NCBI GenBank assembly: GCA_964035545.1
Contig: OZ037769.1
Coordinates: forward strand, 9,508,129-9,572,128
DNA: 64,000 nucleotides
Direction of reading: 5' to 3'
Source of the DNA: Bugula neritina
Lineage: Eukaryota > Animalia > Bryozoa
The notes under the pieces were generated by a model. The model ran no database searches and was not told the origin of the DNA. It saw only the letters and a program-made list of their open reading frames with translations. A program made the position numbers and the translations under genes. Positions 51,701 through 59,900 of this stretch are shown in pieces. The first letter of the stretch is position 1, and each line of letters opens with the position of its first letter.

Positions 51701-52715
51701 GGTGTGCGGTCAAAATGGCACCAGTAAAAATGACACAGGTAATAATGGCACAAATGGAAAAGTAGGTAAAAATGGCGCACTGCTGTTAAATTTTCTCAAA
51801 TCCTGATCCTTAAACCCCAACCTCGAACTCAAACCCCCGTCCCTAAACCTAAACTCCCTATTCTAAGCCCTCAACCCCACCCCAAACATTAATATTGAAA
51901 ATGTGCCATTTTTACCTACTTTGCTATTTGTGCCATTATTATCTGTGCCAATTTTACCTGTGCCATTTTTAGCAGACACCAAAAACTTATAAGTGAAAGT
52001 TTTGAGGATAAATATATATCTATTGATTAGTAATGAGATTGAATTCAATAATTATTTGTTTCACAGTTCACTCACTCGTTGCTGTGGTTTATTTATGCCA
52101 ATGTGATGCATTCCATCAACTTAAATTGATAAACTTTATAAATTAGTGTATTTAATAGCTTATTAGATCAGGGTTTTCTTGCTAACTAATATTTCATTTA
52201 AAAAATAATTTTTTGGGATCGAAAGTTGAAAAGACAAATCATGTTATAATCCTCAGTCTGTTTTGGTTGTATCCTTTTTGTATGGTTTTGAATCTACTCT
52301 TACGTGAAAAATTCAATACAATGTAATTTGTTGTATTTCAGTATATCAGTGACTCATTAAGTGACTATATCCTTAGAAAGTCAAATCAAGAAAGGCGATA
52401 TAGTGGAAATTATTGGATTGGAGGAAGTAGTGATGACATAATATGGAAATGGACAGAAAGTGGTAAATACATCATATTCAAATGCCATTCACATGCTAGT
52501 AAAAAGTGTGTTGATTTGTGACCATAGTTGTGATTTGTTTTAATGTACACTAGCAGTCTGTTTGTGATGTTGCCCTATGCTTTGTAATATAGGTGATAGT
52601 TCTTCTCTTGAAACTCCAGTCATGGACTCTAATAATCTTTGCGGGTACATAACTAAAGATGGAAATGTACAGGCAGGCATCTGCACCAACCAGCTACCTT
52701 CTATATGCTCCACTG
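21708..52715 (+). CDS. Multi-exon host gene: Sushi/CCP + C-type lectin + Thr-rich mucin mosaic protein (partial)
   Basis: AG/GT-bounded exons read at about 21708-21896 (Sushi), 22144-22335, 22615-22698, 23878-23973 (CTLD 1), 26581-26790 (Sushi-like), 26897-28249 (mucin + Sushi), 29629-29763, 31114-31212, 31673-31846 (CTLD 2: WKDAKYRC, AWTGG, WKW, YICQ), about 50000-50112, 50946-51071, 52342-52462, 52593-52715 (CTLD 3: TWHDANRKC, YWIGG, WKW, CGYI...C...LPSIC). Start and stop were not located. Confidence 0.8.
24762..26398 (-). mobile_element. 5'-truncated RTE-clade (BovB-like) LINE
   Basis: RT motifs NYRTISL, FVDFKKAFD, GVRQG, RFADD, ESWT; 3' tail of (CAGGTA)-like repeats at 24762-24784; 10-bp TSD AGAGATATAT (24752-24761 and 26399-26408); one in-frame stop near 25828. 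Confidence 0.92.
26897..28249 (+). CDS. Large exon: (PTTT)n and S/T/N-rich mucin region followed by a Sushi domain
   Basis: ORF 26875-28287; 12-bp CCAACWACAACT repeats; C-terminal CYKP...YSC..GY...C...GAWTG..PLC; ttacag acceptor and gtgag donor. Confidence 0.88.
29838..30015. repeat. (TATGTATAG)n minisatellite
   Basis: Seen directly. Confidence 0.9.
33199..33460 (+). repeat. Left TIR of the Polinton
   Basis: Reverse complement of about 47140-47392; inner boundary approximate. Confidence 0.9.
33672..34568 (-). CDS. Putative fibre/spike-like repeat protein
   Basis: G.LDMGENKI..V.DP..DQDVATKKYVD motif typical of fibre-like proteins, followed by about six roughly 40-aa repeats (120-bp DNA period). 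Confidence 0.65.
   Translation of the reverse strand: MSVYKFGGSGKTEINTKRFVLINGSSTLTGTLDMGENKISRVIDPADDQDVATKKYVDDTSMPKIQNPINQLTISTDDGRVIDSNLKVDDVVTKTNVSNYAVPLIQNPINQLTISTDDGRIIDSNLKVDDVVTKTNVSNYAIPLIQEPTEKLTVSTNTGNIIDSNLSVSDIITTSNINNFAINKIQPANEKLTVSTTSGNVADSSLSVSDIITTSNINNFAINKIQPIIGGKLLMLSSDGNIIETGINISNIITTNNINNYAIPKLQDATGNKLILSTSDGNIIESTESLPTFSSYNV
34572..35330 (-). CDS. A32/FtsK-like DNA packaging ATPase
   Basis: Walker A GKSGCGKT, Walker B LIIFDD, RGRH, YLSQ, IRENAN. Confidence 0.93.
   Translation of the reverse strand: MEIENLSWKNEINRNNNPLLPKSIRGLIVGKSGCGKTTLLCNLLLQPNWLDYDKLMIYGKSLSQPEYINMRKAFERKLTKEEILNFFKNSDAIINAGINVTRVLKNSRGNGNIDAEFIESSDDVYDPSELDASNKNLIIFDDLMLEKQKTCESYYVRGRHNNVDCFYLSQNYFKLPRNTIRENANFICLFPQDGKNLNHIYQDHINGDLTLNEFKNFCYKGWQKPHGFITLDLSSSKNNGRYRHGLDEFYIP
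35343..36707 (+). CDS. Fusion protein: Zn ribbon + parvovirus-type PLA2 + rve integrase + chromodomain
   Basis: N-terminal CxxC...CxxC; PGHNFLGPG calcium loop and RHDVCY catalytic motif; integrase ELHKP, WAADL, IDVFSK, WVDKGKEF, VERWN; C-terminal IERV...LVKWLGYP...NSW. One uninterrupted 454-aa ORF. Confidence 0.9.
   Translation: MYCCKCKIKTKTLNYEKRVSKNNRLMGYGNCGQCGCKKTTFVGSGLANNLINNLPFELHYPGHNFLGPGTKLNKRLNDDTTPKEWSKPVDRDDAIAMRHDVCYALNKDTKTRNEICDKNMLDELKAIPNPTPSEQRHSRFASAIIGAKKRLGWGWTNELAEELHKPVQKKFRKRRVWVSGIDNIWAADLVDMTEFAKFNNGYKYLLTVIDVFSKYGWIILLKNKTGKATALALKTILTRRKPQHLWVDKGKEFYNKDVKSLINLYSTENEEKSSVVERWNRTMKERMFKYFSANNTYKYIDVLKDLVKRYNETKHSSIGMTPIEASDPSNENKVRVKLYPNLPAPSKPKFAIGDRVRIPRKKRTFEKGYTVRWTEEVFTISKILYTNPTTYKLTDSGGEEIQGSFYERELQKTSQEMYRIERVIKKKGKKALVKWLGYPDSQNSWVNLNVLEQL
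36706..36841. repeat. 31-bp tandem array with terminal hairpin inside the Polinton
   Basis: AGTGGACACAAATGTAGACACTAGACACAAA x3 (identical) plus partial copies; TGGACACAAA-caca-TTTGTGTCCA stem-loop at 36801-36824. Confidence 0.95.
36856..37662 (+). CDS. Conserved Polinton protein of unknown function
   Basis: C-terminal DPNALIERLELL...AGNT...NEIVSILDEL motif recurrent in Polintons; TRGLLSLL motif. Confidence 0.75.
   Translation: MSYLKIYDPIKRDKTVQDFISQKNKLKENFKRERERELNAAMAQEKYFEPVTTSQAQTTDALKQLLTLPNYNVQPAITDGVINLDEFTQNALAGLEPGAYNVKWDGNRHVIGIKPISFNDGKIIFENKEYPATRGLLSLLTRKTPIGYDDNDLANYANILDNSGAIYQSKHGPIDKNSDKWRRIVRPIWEQLYPQRAKLADSKKAKRQVGDGVVYLSSDPNALIERLELLISSAKAGNTGVRNEIVSILDELLRMKIITHDYYKSILV
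37666..37968 (+). CDS. Small basic virion core-like protein
   Basis: Lys/Arg-rich; YAGGG followed by an amphipathic helix; directly upstream of the capsid gene. Confidence 0.6.
   Translation: MYVYDKRQRLQRHYAGGGIIDTIRNVVTKIASNSSVRELGKKAIAKAGTAAGEKIVNAIKKRRQKKLNAKSQAILQKLSLAKDNSNISNILEGSGQAIAY
37991..39265 (+). CDS. Major capsid protein (double jelly-roll, hexon-like)
   Basis: 424 aa, beta-rich; P.KSYL.IEG.L, LFGFADDY.KV, KPKYIIVGFQ, NSERYP, LFVIDVSKQ motifs of Polinton MCPs. Confidence 0.9.
   Translation: MDSLNITQKIVLDTSVERDQVHEYEPVTGTNLNYPGEIRIVINQQDLYVQPSKSYLIIEGRLTKNDGTAYADADLVTLINNGMAYLFKSIRYQLDGHDLEYINNPGHASTMMGLLTYPDDYGKSRGLNQLWSKDTTAAAAAANLGFNARQIYIIQKPDPKGTFSIKVDLRHLFGFADDYEKVLYGIKHQLTLVRDTNDNAIFRANGVDAGKITLDKVSWWMPHVTPSFEMKHKLYKIIESKAQLPLIYRSRWCDSIAVPQTTNFTWRLGSRGDTEKPKYIIVGFQTNKTESQTANPAVFDHVNVKSIYAMLNSERYPEVDYDIDFAKMKFSRVYGDASKFCGEYYGINELIAYSNVLPSEYKDLYALFVIDVSKQSEALKSSVADIQLRVQFSQNVPADTQAYALILSDKTMSLGSDGNNLKVI
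39266..40024 (+). CDS. Minor capsid protein (penton-like)
   Basis: L..PIEL, LPVGVY, LGF, I.V.VDC...SY, YLPV, TDQ.G..LD, FHLR C-terminus. Confidence 0.88.
   Translation: MENKLLREIADNTASKQTMTIGVTDTKTRIITQLNPPIELNKNKKYEMCLISLDTFYSFPNISTDRNSYRWSKDGGTTWHLVSLPVGVYELDQLEEAIQDEIVKEGGNRNGITLQANKVTFRIILKLKPNYQIDFNVENSLRDVLGFDAAIYNQPYIEATNIVNILNINAIHVQVDCINGSYIDGTYKPVIYSFFPSVSPGYKIIEKPHNLIYLPVHVKYIKTLTVTVTDQKGNLLDLSGEQLSIRFHLREV
40037..40606 (+). CDS. Core protein precursor, adenovirus pX-like
   Basis: MNGG-FLGALLGIA..IP resembles pX MRGG-ILP; three further (I/M)KGxG sites. Confidence 0.65.
   Translation: MGYCEIIGNVPQAQKQKIMNAYRSGKGCVIKLPLESGNDKLVITKTQNDNILKALNANKKNITLEMSPSLVKTNASMNGGFLGALLGIATRVIPTLLKTIIPGVLSGAASAGVERAIKGKGLYLKRGGCVCSVEPNSNGSITLKPVASSNLMKGNGLYLKQGSSYIKGEGLILGPNSPFKNIPLLGMLL
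40626..41018 (+). CDS. Hypothetical Polinton protein
   Basis: 130-aa ORF starting at TATATAAATG. Confidence 0.6.
   Translation: MSTVITYKSLDGTPITETIYKTSEYEKRMYESGDLKEIIIYKNFNILDEMTNPSNERGLFEERVYTNKREIIYKEDDEKIKIKTIYKTKEIIQELNVGLMNYAAARISSFFTKLKYAEDEIEKRRNDALH
41177..41656 (-). CDS. Putative two-TM coiled-coil membrane protein
   Basis: N-terminal coiled coil, two hydrophobic stretches, LSD..I...EY motif; starts at TATATAAATG. Confidence 0.65.
   Translation of the reverse strand: MDFRQEKLELLNDEIIKLENEYEQKLNRFNWLSKSLKIISGLCGTTNLICGVIITALLNANVTKQTLLPLSIIVSIMSVITTSISSQDTKLIKSTLMYLDIYTFIKDSKLEINSMLSKFLSDAHINEREYDAITEKYKNINSVKSDKKSDIIVARNNVC
41699..41935 (+). CDS. Small hypothetical protein (MELTVE...)
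   Basis: ATG at 41699 after TATAAT; the longer ORF call from 41642 overlaps the divergent gene. Confidence 0.5.
   Translation: MELTVELLDKLIAQAKQKKYIPLPEHTFMRLTDYSTLNINSVSNEDRDKLFKHFNKNLTSRRKVTKLKAQINKILEDV
41994..45649 (+). CDS. Protein-primed DNA polymerase B, split by a -1 frameshift at about 42633-42638
   Basis: N-terminal Rho-N/HeH-like helix pair; ExoI YADFE, endonuclease VII-like CYIC...RDHCH...CN, ExoII HNLSGYD; polymerase YLDANNLYG, KLMNNSVFGK, FTDTDS, KGI. Confidence 0.95.
45646..46047 (+). CDS. Adenain-like cysteine protease
   Basis: GTHWVAW (His), YFDSFG (Asp), Q...CGHLC (Cys). Confidence 0.92.
   Translation: MSIKLPNKALSNIELEFAIKKLKIPNFRGVFSRNDLPNKPRKKECGILNLDDLMGNGTHWVAWYKNKNKKYYFDSFGLHPPLEIMKYLKPPIFYNTERVQKFGTVICGHLCLYWLKEMSKRESPQLIINKLLI
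46048..46560 (+). CDS. Hypothetical protein, paralogue 1 of a tandem pair
   Basis: Shares LIQFYG, LYWTDK.IGLHIRNS, ISG.EHN.P.S.IN, YPSHKP with the next ORF. Confidence 0.75.
   Translation: MNSVYIFGNSANIINEQPYITNIIIPSKFTYYLEGFTTTLIKDFLVDEPIEITDILIQFYGEQAHNTKKLYWTDKRIGLHIRNSTELFNPSNENTFYDISGNEHNLPFSEINANKIIEANKNFTLSMILSKTYPSHKPSNIILTDTPDSEITNAALPFHYVIIKLYYNYK
46557..47081 (+). CDS. Hypothetical protein, paralogue 2 of a tandem pair
   Basis: Same shared blocks; start overlaps the upstream stop (ATGA). Confidence 0.75.
   Translation: MNIYKFNKIDITTNKAFISGFINANKFYYYENINSFTVDLINDYLVNKPIKITHALIQFYGDHYTWAKKRVLYWTDKKIGLHIRNSINPFDESKENLFYTISGAEHNVPYSKININKIVNANNNFSFTIALSSDYPSHKPDDVILTNTPTNEIHTQSLPFFWVYFKLYYNSIHE
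47140..47392 (-). repeat. Right TIR of the Polinton
   Basis: Reverse complement of the left TIR; the outer 101 bp differ at one position seen. Confidence 0.9.
51700..51980. mobile_element. Small fold-back MITE
   Basis: About 80-bp imperfect TIRs built from AAAATGGCAC units, CCTAAACC-like core; no clear TSD. Confidence 0.65.
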
Positions 52716-53521
52716 GTAGTATTTATTCTCTACTTTACACACGCACGCGCACACACGCACACACACATTTGCCTAAGGGTGTGTGTGTGTGTGTGTGTGT
52801 GTTTGCGTATATTCTCATTTCAGTTGCTATACATGTTCATTCCATTTACTAAACTTTCAATCTATGTTTATTTTCTTTTTCAAGAAATTAAGTGAAACAG
52901 TGCAACCGAATTGCAAGGCTGGATACAAATTGTCACCATCATCAATGTCATGCTACTGTCTAGTCTGTGTTCACATTGTACTGAAGTTCCAGTCACACTA
53001 TGAGTTGCCTGTTAGCACTCCATTAAAGTAACTCGCCCTATGCCGGTTAGTTTTGCTGTGGAGCAAAATTTGCTGCCAGGTTTAACAAGTTTTTTACCCT
53101 GAAGTCCTATTCATCATTATATAGCTGCACATATCTTTTTCTAGCAATGCACTTCTTTCACCTGTTGAATTATCAGCTTAAGTTATGTGAACTTTATTAC
53201 CATTTTAATTTTCTCGATGATTATAATGTTGATCTAGCTGATAGTATGATAAAGTTGTTATTGTTGATTAAAGTATAACCATCACTATATAACCAATCAA
53301 ATATATACTGGTTCTGACTTTCAACTTTAAACTTTTAATAACTTCAGTTGTGCTTTACAATTTAATGTATTTATCTTGTTATCTTGTATTTTCTAGCAAC
53401 AGATTTTGGTATAGTGGTTCTTTAATTTCAAAAGTAAATATATTAAGTGATTCACTTTGATTTTTTATCATATAGCAGTAAAGTGACTTTTAATCAAATG
53501 TAGTTACAGTTTAATAGTAAT

Positions 53522-53524
<3 letters not shown>

Positions 53525-53574
<50 letters not shown>
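53525..53574. repeat. (TA)n microsatellite
   Basis: Seen directly. Confidence 0.95.
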
Positions 53575-53578
<4 letters not shown>

Positions 53579-53720
53579 TCTATAATTAAAAATGAATCAA
53601 AAGAACTCAATATTTCGAAAAATAGAGTATTTATATTTAGTACTAATACAATTTTGGATATAAAAAAAAATTTAGATCTTCATTTATTGACTACAATATT
53701 GTTTCACGTAGTGCGAGCTA

Positions 53721-53767
53721 CGACCTGATGATCGTAGCTCGCACTACGTGAAACAATATTGTAGTCA
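53721..53767 (+). ncRNA. Minimal hammerhead ribozyme motif within a fold-back repeat
   Basis: GAC-CUGAUGA (53725-53731), stem II CGUAG/CUACG, GAAAC (53750), palindromic AAUAUU loop, GUA then GUC pairing with GAC. Confidence 0.7.
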
Positions 53768-53815
53768 ATAAATGAAAATCTAAATTTATTTTTATATCCA
53801 AAATTGTATTAGTAC

Positions 53816-54026
<211 letters not shown>

Positions 54027-54056
54027 TAGAAGAAGTAAAATGAGATTTGATTAATA

Positions 54057-54125
54057 TAATGGCATTTATTACTAGTAGTTTCGTACACAAGAACGATGTG
54101 CACTCGTCAGATAAATTAGCCACTA
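54057..54125 (-). ncRNA. Type I hammerhead ribozyme in the Penelope pseudo-LTR (intact core)
   Basis: Minus strand UAGUGGC-ua-AUUUAU-CUGACGA-GUGCACA...UGUGUAC-GAAAC-UACUA-GUA-AUAAAU-GCCAUUA: full catalytic core with stems I and II. Confidence 0.85.
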
Positions 54126-54944
54126 TGATTGCTTACAACTATAAATAATGTAATATGTAAATATACACAGATTAAAGCTAGAAGATCAAACTGATGACAG
54201 AATTACTATAACAGCTAAGAAACCCGCCTTCATTACTATCAAGGATCATAAGGCTAACTACATAACTAACCCCACCTGCCGCCTTATTAACCCCACCAAA
54301 CCAGAGATAGGTAGGGTGAGTAAACAACTACTTGACAGAATTAATACATCGATAAACAGCAAACTTGACCTAAATCAGTGGAAAAGCACATCTGCAGTTT
54401 TACATTGGTTTGACAATTTGACCACCACAAACAGGCACTCTTTTATCGTGTTCGATATTGTGGAATTTTATCCATCTATATCGCCAAAGCTACTTTCAGA
54501 TGCTCTCGACTTTGCCAACTTGCATACCACAGTCAGCAACCACGAACGGAATATCATATTGCACACAAAAAAATCCATATTGGTGCATGACAACTCATTT
54601 TGGGGTAAAAGACAATCAGATAATTTGTTTGACGTCACTATGGGCTCACATGATGGTGCTGAAACATGTGAATTAGTAGGATTATTTTTATTAAGTACAA
54701 TCTCAAAAAAGTTCAAAGTTAACATTGGACTATATCGAGATGATGGGCTAGGTGTAACAGATCTTAAACCACAACTAGCTGAAAGACTGAAAAAAGGTCT
54801 TTGCATATTATTCCAGTCACACGGTCTAAAGATCACCATAGATGTTAATATTGAGACAACTGACTATTTAGATGTCACCCTAGATCTGGTCAAGAAACAT
54901 CATACACCATACTCCAAGCCCAACAACATCCCTCTGTATGTATA

Positions 54945-55176
54945 CATACACTACTAAGTACTATCACTACTCTACCAACTCTACTCTACTGACACTATTC
55001 ACTAAGTACTGACACTACTCTACTAATACTACTCTACTAACACTACTCTACTAACACTACTCTACTAACACTACTCTACTAACTCTACTCTACTAACACT
55101 ACTCTACTAACTCTACTCTACTAACACTACTCTACTAACTCTACTCTACTAACACTACTCTACTAACACTACTCTA
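54945..55176. repeat. 15-bp minisatellite (ACACTACTCTACTAA)n interrupting the Penelope RT
   Basis: Seen directly; sits inside the expected YIH..SNHPP coding segment. Confidence 0.9.
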
Positions 55177-56137
55177 ACCATCCTCCTAGCATACTGAAAA
55201 ACATACCAGAATCTATAAACCGCAGACTTTGTGACATATCTACCAATGAAACTATCTTTAACAATGCCATCCCACAATATCAAGATGCCTTGGCTAAAAG
55301 CGGATATGACTACCAACTCAAATACAAAGACTATACTGACAACACCAATACAAGCATCAAACCCATCAGACAAAGACAAGTCATCTGGTACAATCCACCT
55401 TATAGCCGCAATGTAAAGACAAAAATCGGCTCCATATACCTCAAGCTGATAAAAGATATATTCAACACCAAACACCCACTGCACAAAATATTTAATAAAA
55501 ACACACTCAAACTCAGCTACAGTTGCTGCCCAAATTTAGAGCAGACTATCACTGCTCACAACAAAAGTGTTACTAAATGCAACACCACCCCTATATCACA
55601 GGCAGGCTGTAACTGTAGAAATGTAAAGACATGCCCGCTCCCAGGAGAATGCACCACCCCAAACATTGTGTACCAGGCCAAAGTATCCGTCCCATCAAAA
55701 GATACTGCCGAAACATATGTAGGAATTTCCTCCACTGCATTCAAGGCAAGATACTACAACCACCTTGCTTCCTTCAGACACCCAACCAAGCGCTTGCAAA
55801 CTGAGTTAAGCAAACACATCTGGACCTTAAAAGACAAAGGTCTGGATTTTACCATATCCTGGAAAATTCTCAGAAAAGCTCAACCATACAACAACAACAC
55901 TAAAAACTGTCAGCTATGCTCATGGGAAAAATTTTTCATTCTTTATAAGCCACAGTTGTCTTCCCTCAATAAGCGCTATGACTTTTTATCCATATGCAGA
56001 CATAGTAGTAAATTTCTACTCAAGAATGCTGTAACATAGCCAATTAATTCCAATGCTACCTCTTTGTTATATTTTGATCTTCTAGCTTTAATCTGTGTAT
56101 ATTTACATATTACATTATTTATAATTGTAAGCAATCA

Positions 56138-56206
56138 TAGTGGCTAATTTATCTGACGAGTGCACATCGTTCTTGTGTACAAAACTACTAGTAATAAATG
56201 CCATTA
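56138..56206 (+). ncRNA. Second hammerhead copy with GAAA changed to AAAA
   Basis: Same sequence as the inverted copy except A at 56181. Confidence 0.7.
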
Positions 56207-56298
56207 TATTAATCAAATCTCATTTTACTTCTTCTAATGTTTATGCTCTAGATTTATTTCTATAGAGCACTCTAGTAACGTTTTATAAACACTCATTT

Positions 56299-56454
<156 letters not shown>

Positions 56455-56532
56455 TGGATATAATAATAAACTTATTTATTCATTTTATCGACTTACATTA
56501 TTTGTGTAATGCTACGCTGGAATGTCTAACTA

Positions 56533-56946
56533 GTGTCTGTTAAACGCACTAACAGAATTGCTAAACAAACAACAGTTTCTAAATATATAAAGTCACAGGG
56601 AGGGGCTTTACACCCTCCCTATCTCATTCTAGAATTACGACAAACCAAGCGCATCGTGGTTAAGTTTGTTCACACCAATAAAAGAGATACATTCTTCCAC
56701 ACTTATCGTAAAAGTATTATGTCAACAAAACAATTAGGTTTTCAAACAGATTCCAAAATATTTATTAACGAGGTTCTCAGTAGTAAGCAAAGGGACCTTT
56801 TTTGGAAAACCAGAAACTTCAAAAAATCAAACAACTATAAGTATGTTTGGACATTTGCCCAACGAATTTACTTGCGCAGAACACCTGACTCGGAGGCTAT
56901 CCAAATAAATGATGTAAATGATCTCGAGAACCTGAAATGTGTTTAG
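56533..56946 (+). CDS. LINE ORF1 C-terminal fragment
   Basis: IVVKF...IFINE.L...YKYVW...IYLRR pattern of CR1/L2-group ORF1 C-termini. Confidence 0.7.
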   Translation: MSVKRTNRIAKQTTVSKYIKSQGGALHPPYLILELRQTKRIVVKFVHTNKRDTFFHTYRKSIMSTKQLGFQTDSKIFINEVLSSKQRDLFWKTRNFKKSNNYKYVWTFAQRIYLRRTPDSEAIQINDVNDLENLKCV

Positions 56947-59900
56947 TGTACCTCACTTTTGTATTTAACTTAAACTGCTAAGTTATCTTTTGCAAAATGC
57001 ATGAAATTAACTGCACAGCATACGACATCTTTTCTTTTAACAAACTAGAAGTAAATAATTCAACTTTCTCTCTTCTTAACTTTAATATTCAAAGCATTAG
57101 AAATAAATTTTCACATTTTGAATATTTTTTGAACACTTTTTCTAACCCCTTTGATGTAATTTGTTTAACTGAAACTTGGCTAAATGATGATGAAATTCAA
57201 TTTTTTAAACTTGAAGGTTATGATTTTGTAGGTAGTCAGAGACTGGGTAGAGGAGGTGGTGTTGGGGCCTATGTGCGGTGTGGCCTGGGGGCCGACACGA
57301 AGGCTGTTTCGCTGTCTGGAGCAGACGTCCTCTCACTTGTTCTACACAGTCAGGCCTCAAAGTCTTCCCATTTCAGACTCACAATTATATACAGGCAGCC
57401 CGGTGCTTCCTCCACTGATGCGTTTCTTAGTGACCTGGAGGCTTATATTTCCCATGATTCTTCTCCCCATATTGTAGTAGGTGACATCAATATAGATACC
57501 CTTGACATGAATGTAAGTGACACTTATTCCACCACTATTTCTACCTATGCCTTTTACAATGCTATCACTCTCCCAACTAGAATCTCATCGTCACGAGCTA
57601 GCTGTTTAGATCATATCCTTCTAAACTTCTCTTGCATAAACGGTAAATCTGGAACCATTGAGTCAGATTTGAGTGACCACCTACCCACTTTTGTGACGTT
57701 TCAACTGAATTGTTCAAATAGAACTAATATTGTCTCAGATGATATGTATAGAACTATTAATTATTCCAAACTAGTTTCCAAGATAAACTCATTTTGCTGG
57801 TTGAAGCTCTTTGATGACTCACAAAATTGTGAAGTAAACTATGATATATTTATTACTAGACTAAAATTTCTCATTGAAAGTTGTTCACAGACTATTGAAA
57901 ACAATAGGCCTTCTAAAAAGTTTGCACAAAAACCATGGATTACTGAACATCTTTTAACTCAAATCAAAAAGAAATATGCACTTCACAAACGAGTGAAAAA
58001 AGCACCCCTGAATAAAAAGATTTTAAAAAGATATAATGCTTTTAGAAATAATTTGAATGCTGATCTGAGAACCGCTAAATATGATTATTTTAAAGCTTTT
58101 ATTAGCAATTGTAACAGTTCGCAGCTTTGGGTACTTATAAATGAACAAACAGGGAAAGCCAAACTAAACAAAAGATGCTTTTCATCAAAACTGTATTCGG
58201 TTGAGGACTCTGAAACCATGCTAGATAGCAATATGGATATAGCTAACAATTTCAATCTGTATTTTTCAACAATAGCCCAAAAACTAGCTTCAAATTTTAC
58301 AAATTCGAACTCCGATACCTACTCAATGCTGACAAATATTACTAAAGAAGAATTTCATTTAAAAAAAACTGATGAATCTCAAATAATTGAGATCATTGAA
58401 AAACTAGATTCCAAGAAAGCTATAGGTTTAGACAATATCCCGACTAAACTTATCAAATTTTGCAAAATTTCACTATCTACACCACTTGCCTATTTATTTA
58501 ACAAAAGCATAGAAGAAAAAATTGTTCCAGCGCAAATTAAAACTGCTAAAATATTACCATTCTACAAAAAAGGTTCTCATGACAGATGTGAAAACTACCG
58601 CCCTATTTCAATCCTCCCCATTTTTAGTAAAATACTTGAAAAAATTGTTAACAATCAAATTTTAAACTTTTTAGAATCTAAAAATTTGATTTCTAAGAAT
58701 CAATATGGCTTTCGAAAAAATTTAAGTACTGCAGATGCTGTTGTTAAATTTAAAAATAATACGCTCGAAGCTTTTAACAATGGAAATTGCGTTCTCGGAA
58801 TTTTTATAGATTTTAGTAAGGCTTTTGACACTATAAATCACAATATTTTACTTGCAAAAATGAGAAAACTTGGTTTTAGTGAATCCACAGTGTCATGGGT
58901 TGCTAACTACCTATCAAACCGAAGTCATTCCACACTAGTAAATGCAACCTTATCAAGTTCACGATCAGTGACCTGTGGGGTTCCCCAGGGATCTGTCTTG
59001 GGCCCTACCTTATTTTTGATATATATAAACGATCTTGCTCAACAATTTAAACTTTTTAATCCCATTTTCTATGCCGACGACACTAATTTATTTTTTGAAT
59101 CAAAAGATTTGAACTCCCATTTGGAAGCTATAAATCAAGATCTAAACTCTCTGTCAATTTGGTGCAATAAAAACAAACTCACTATAAACTATGAAAAATG
59201 CAACTATATTGTTTTAAAAAACTACCAAAATCCTTTTCAAATTCTAGAAAACTGTATATTATTAAATAAAAGACCTATAAATTACTCTAACAGCATAACT
59301 TTTCTAGGTGTACAAATAGATAAAAATTTAAATTGGAGCTTGCACATCTCAAACCTACTTACAAAATTACGACCACTTAGTGGATTAATATACCGATGTT
59401 CTGAATATCTCCCTCAAAAAATTTTACTTTTGATATATAATTCTTTCATCAATTCCAAGTTAAATTATTGTGCAGAGGCCTGGGGAAATGCAGCTAATAC
59501 CCATCTAAACAAGATTTTTATTTTTCAAAAAAAGGTAATGCGTATCATGAACAAAAAACCGTTTGACCATCCATCAGCGCCTCTATTTACTAAGCATAAA
59601 GTTCTCTCAATATACCAGATTTACCGTTTTAAAGTGTTAAAGAAAGCTCATTCTTTTTTCTACTCTGACAATTTTTTTCCCACTCACTCTATCAATACAC
59701 GTCAATCATTCATAAATCTCCCCCTTCCTCACTCTCAAACAGCAGCAGGTCACAGAAGAAACTGTTATCAGGAGGTGGCACTATGGAATGAACTGCCAAT
59801 CCCTTTACGGTCAATTAGCAACCCTAATGAATTTGGGAGGAAGTTGAGGCTTTATCTGTTAGAATAGTTGTATTTTTTTGTATTTTTCTGGATAGAGTCG

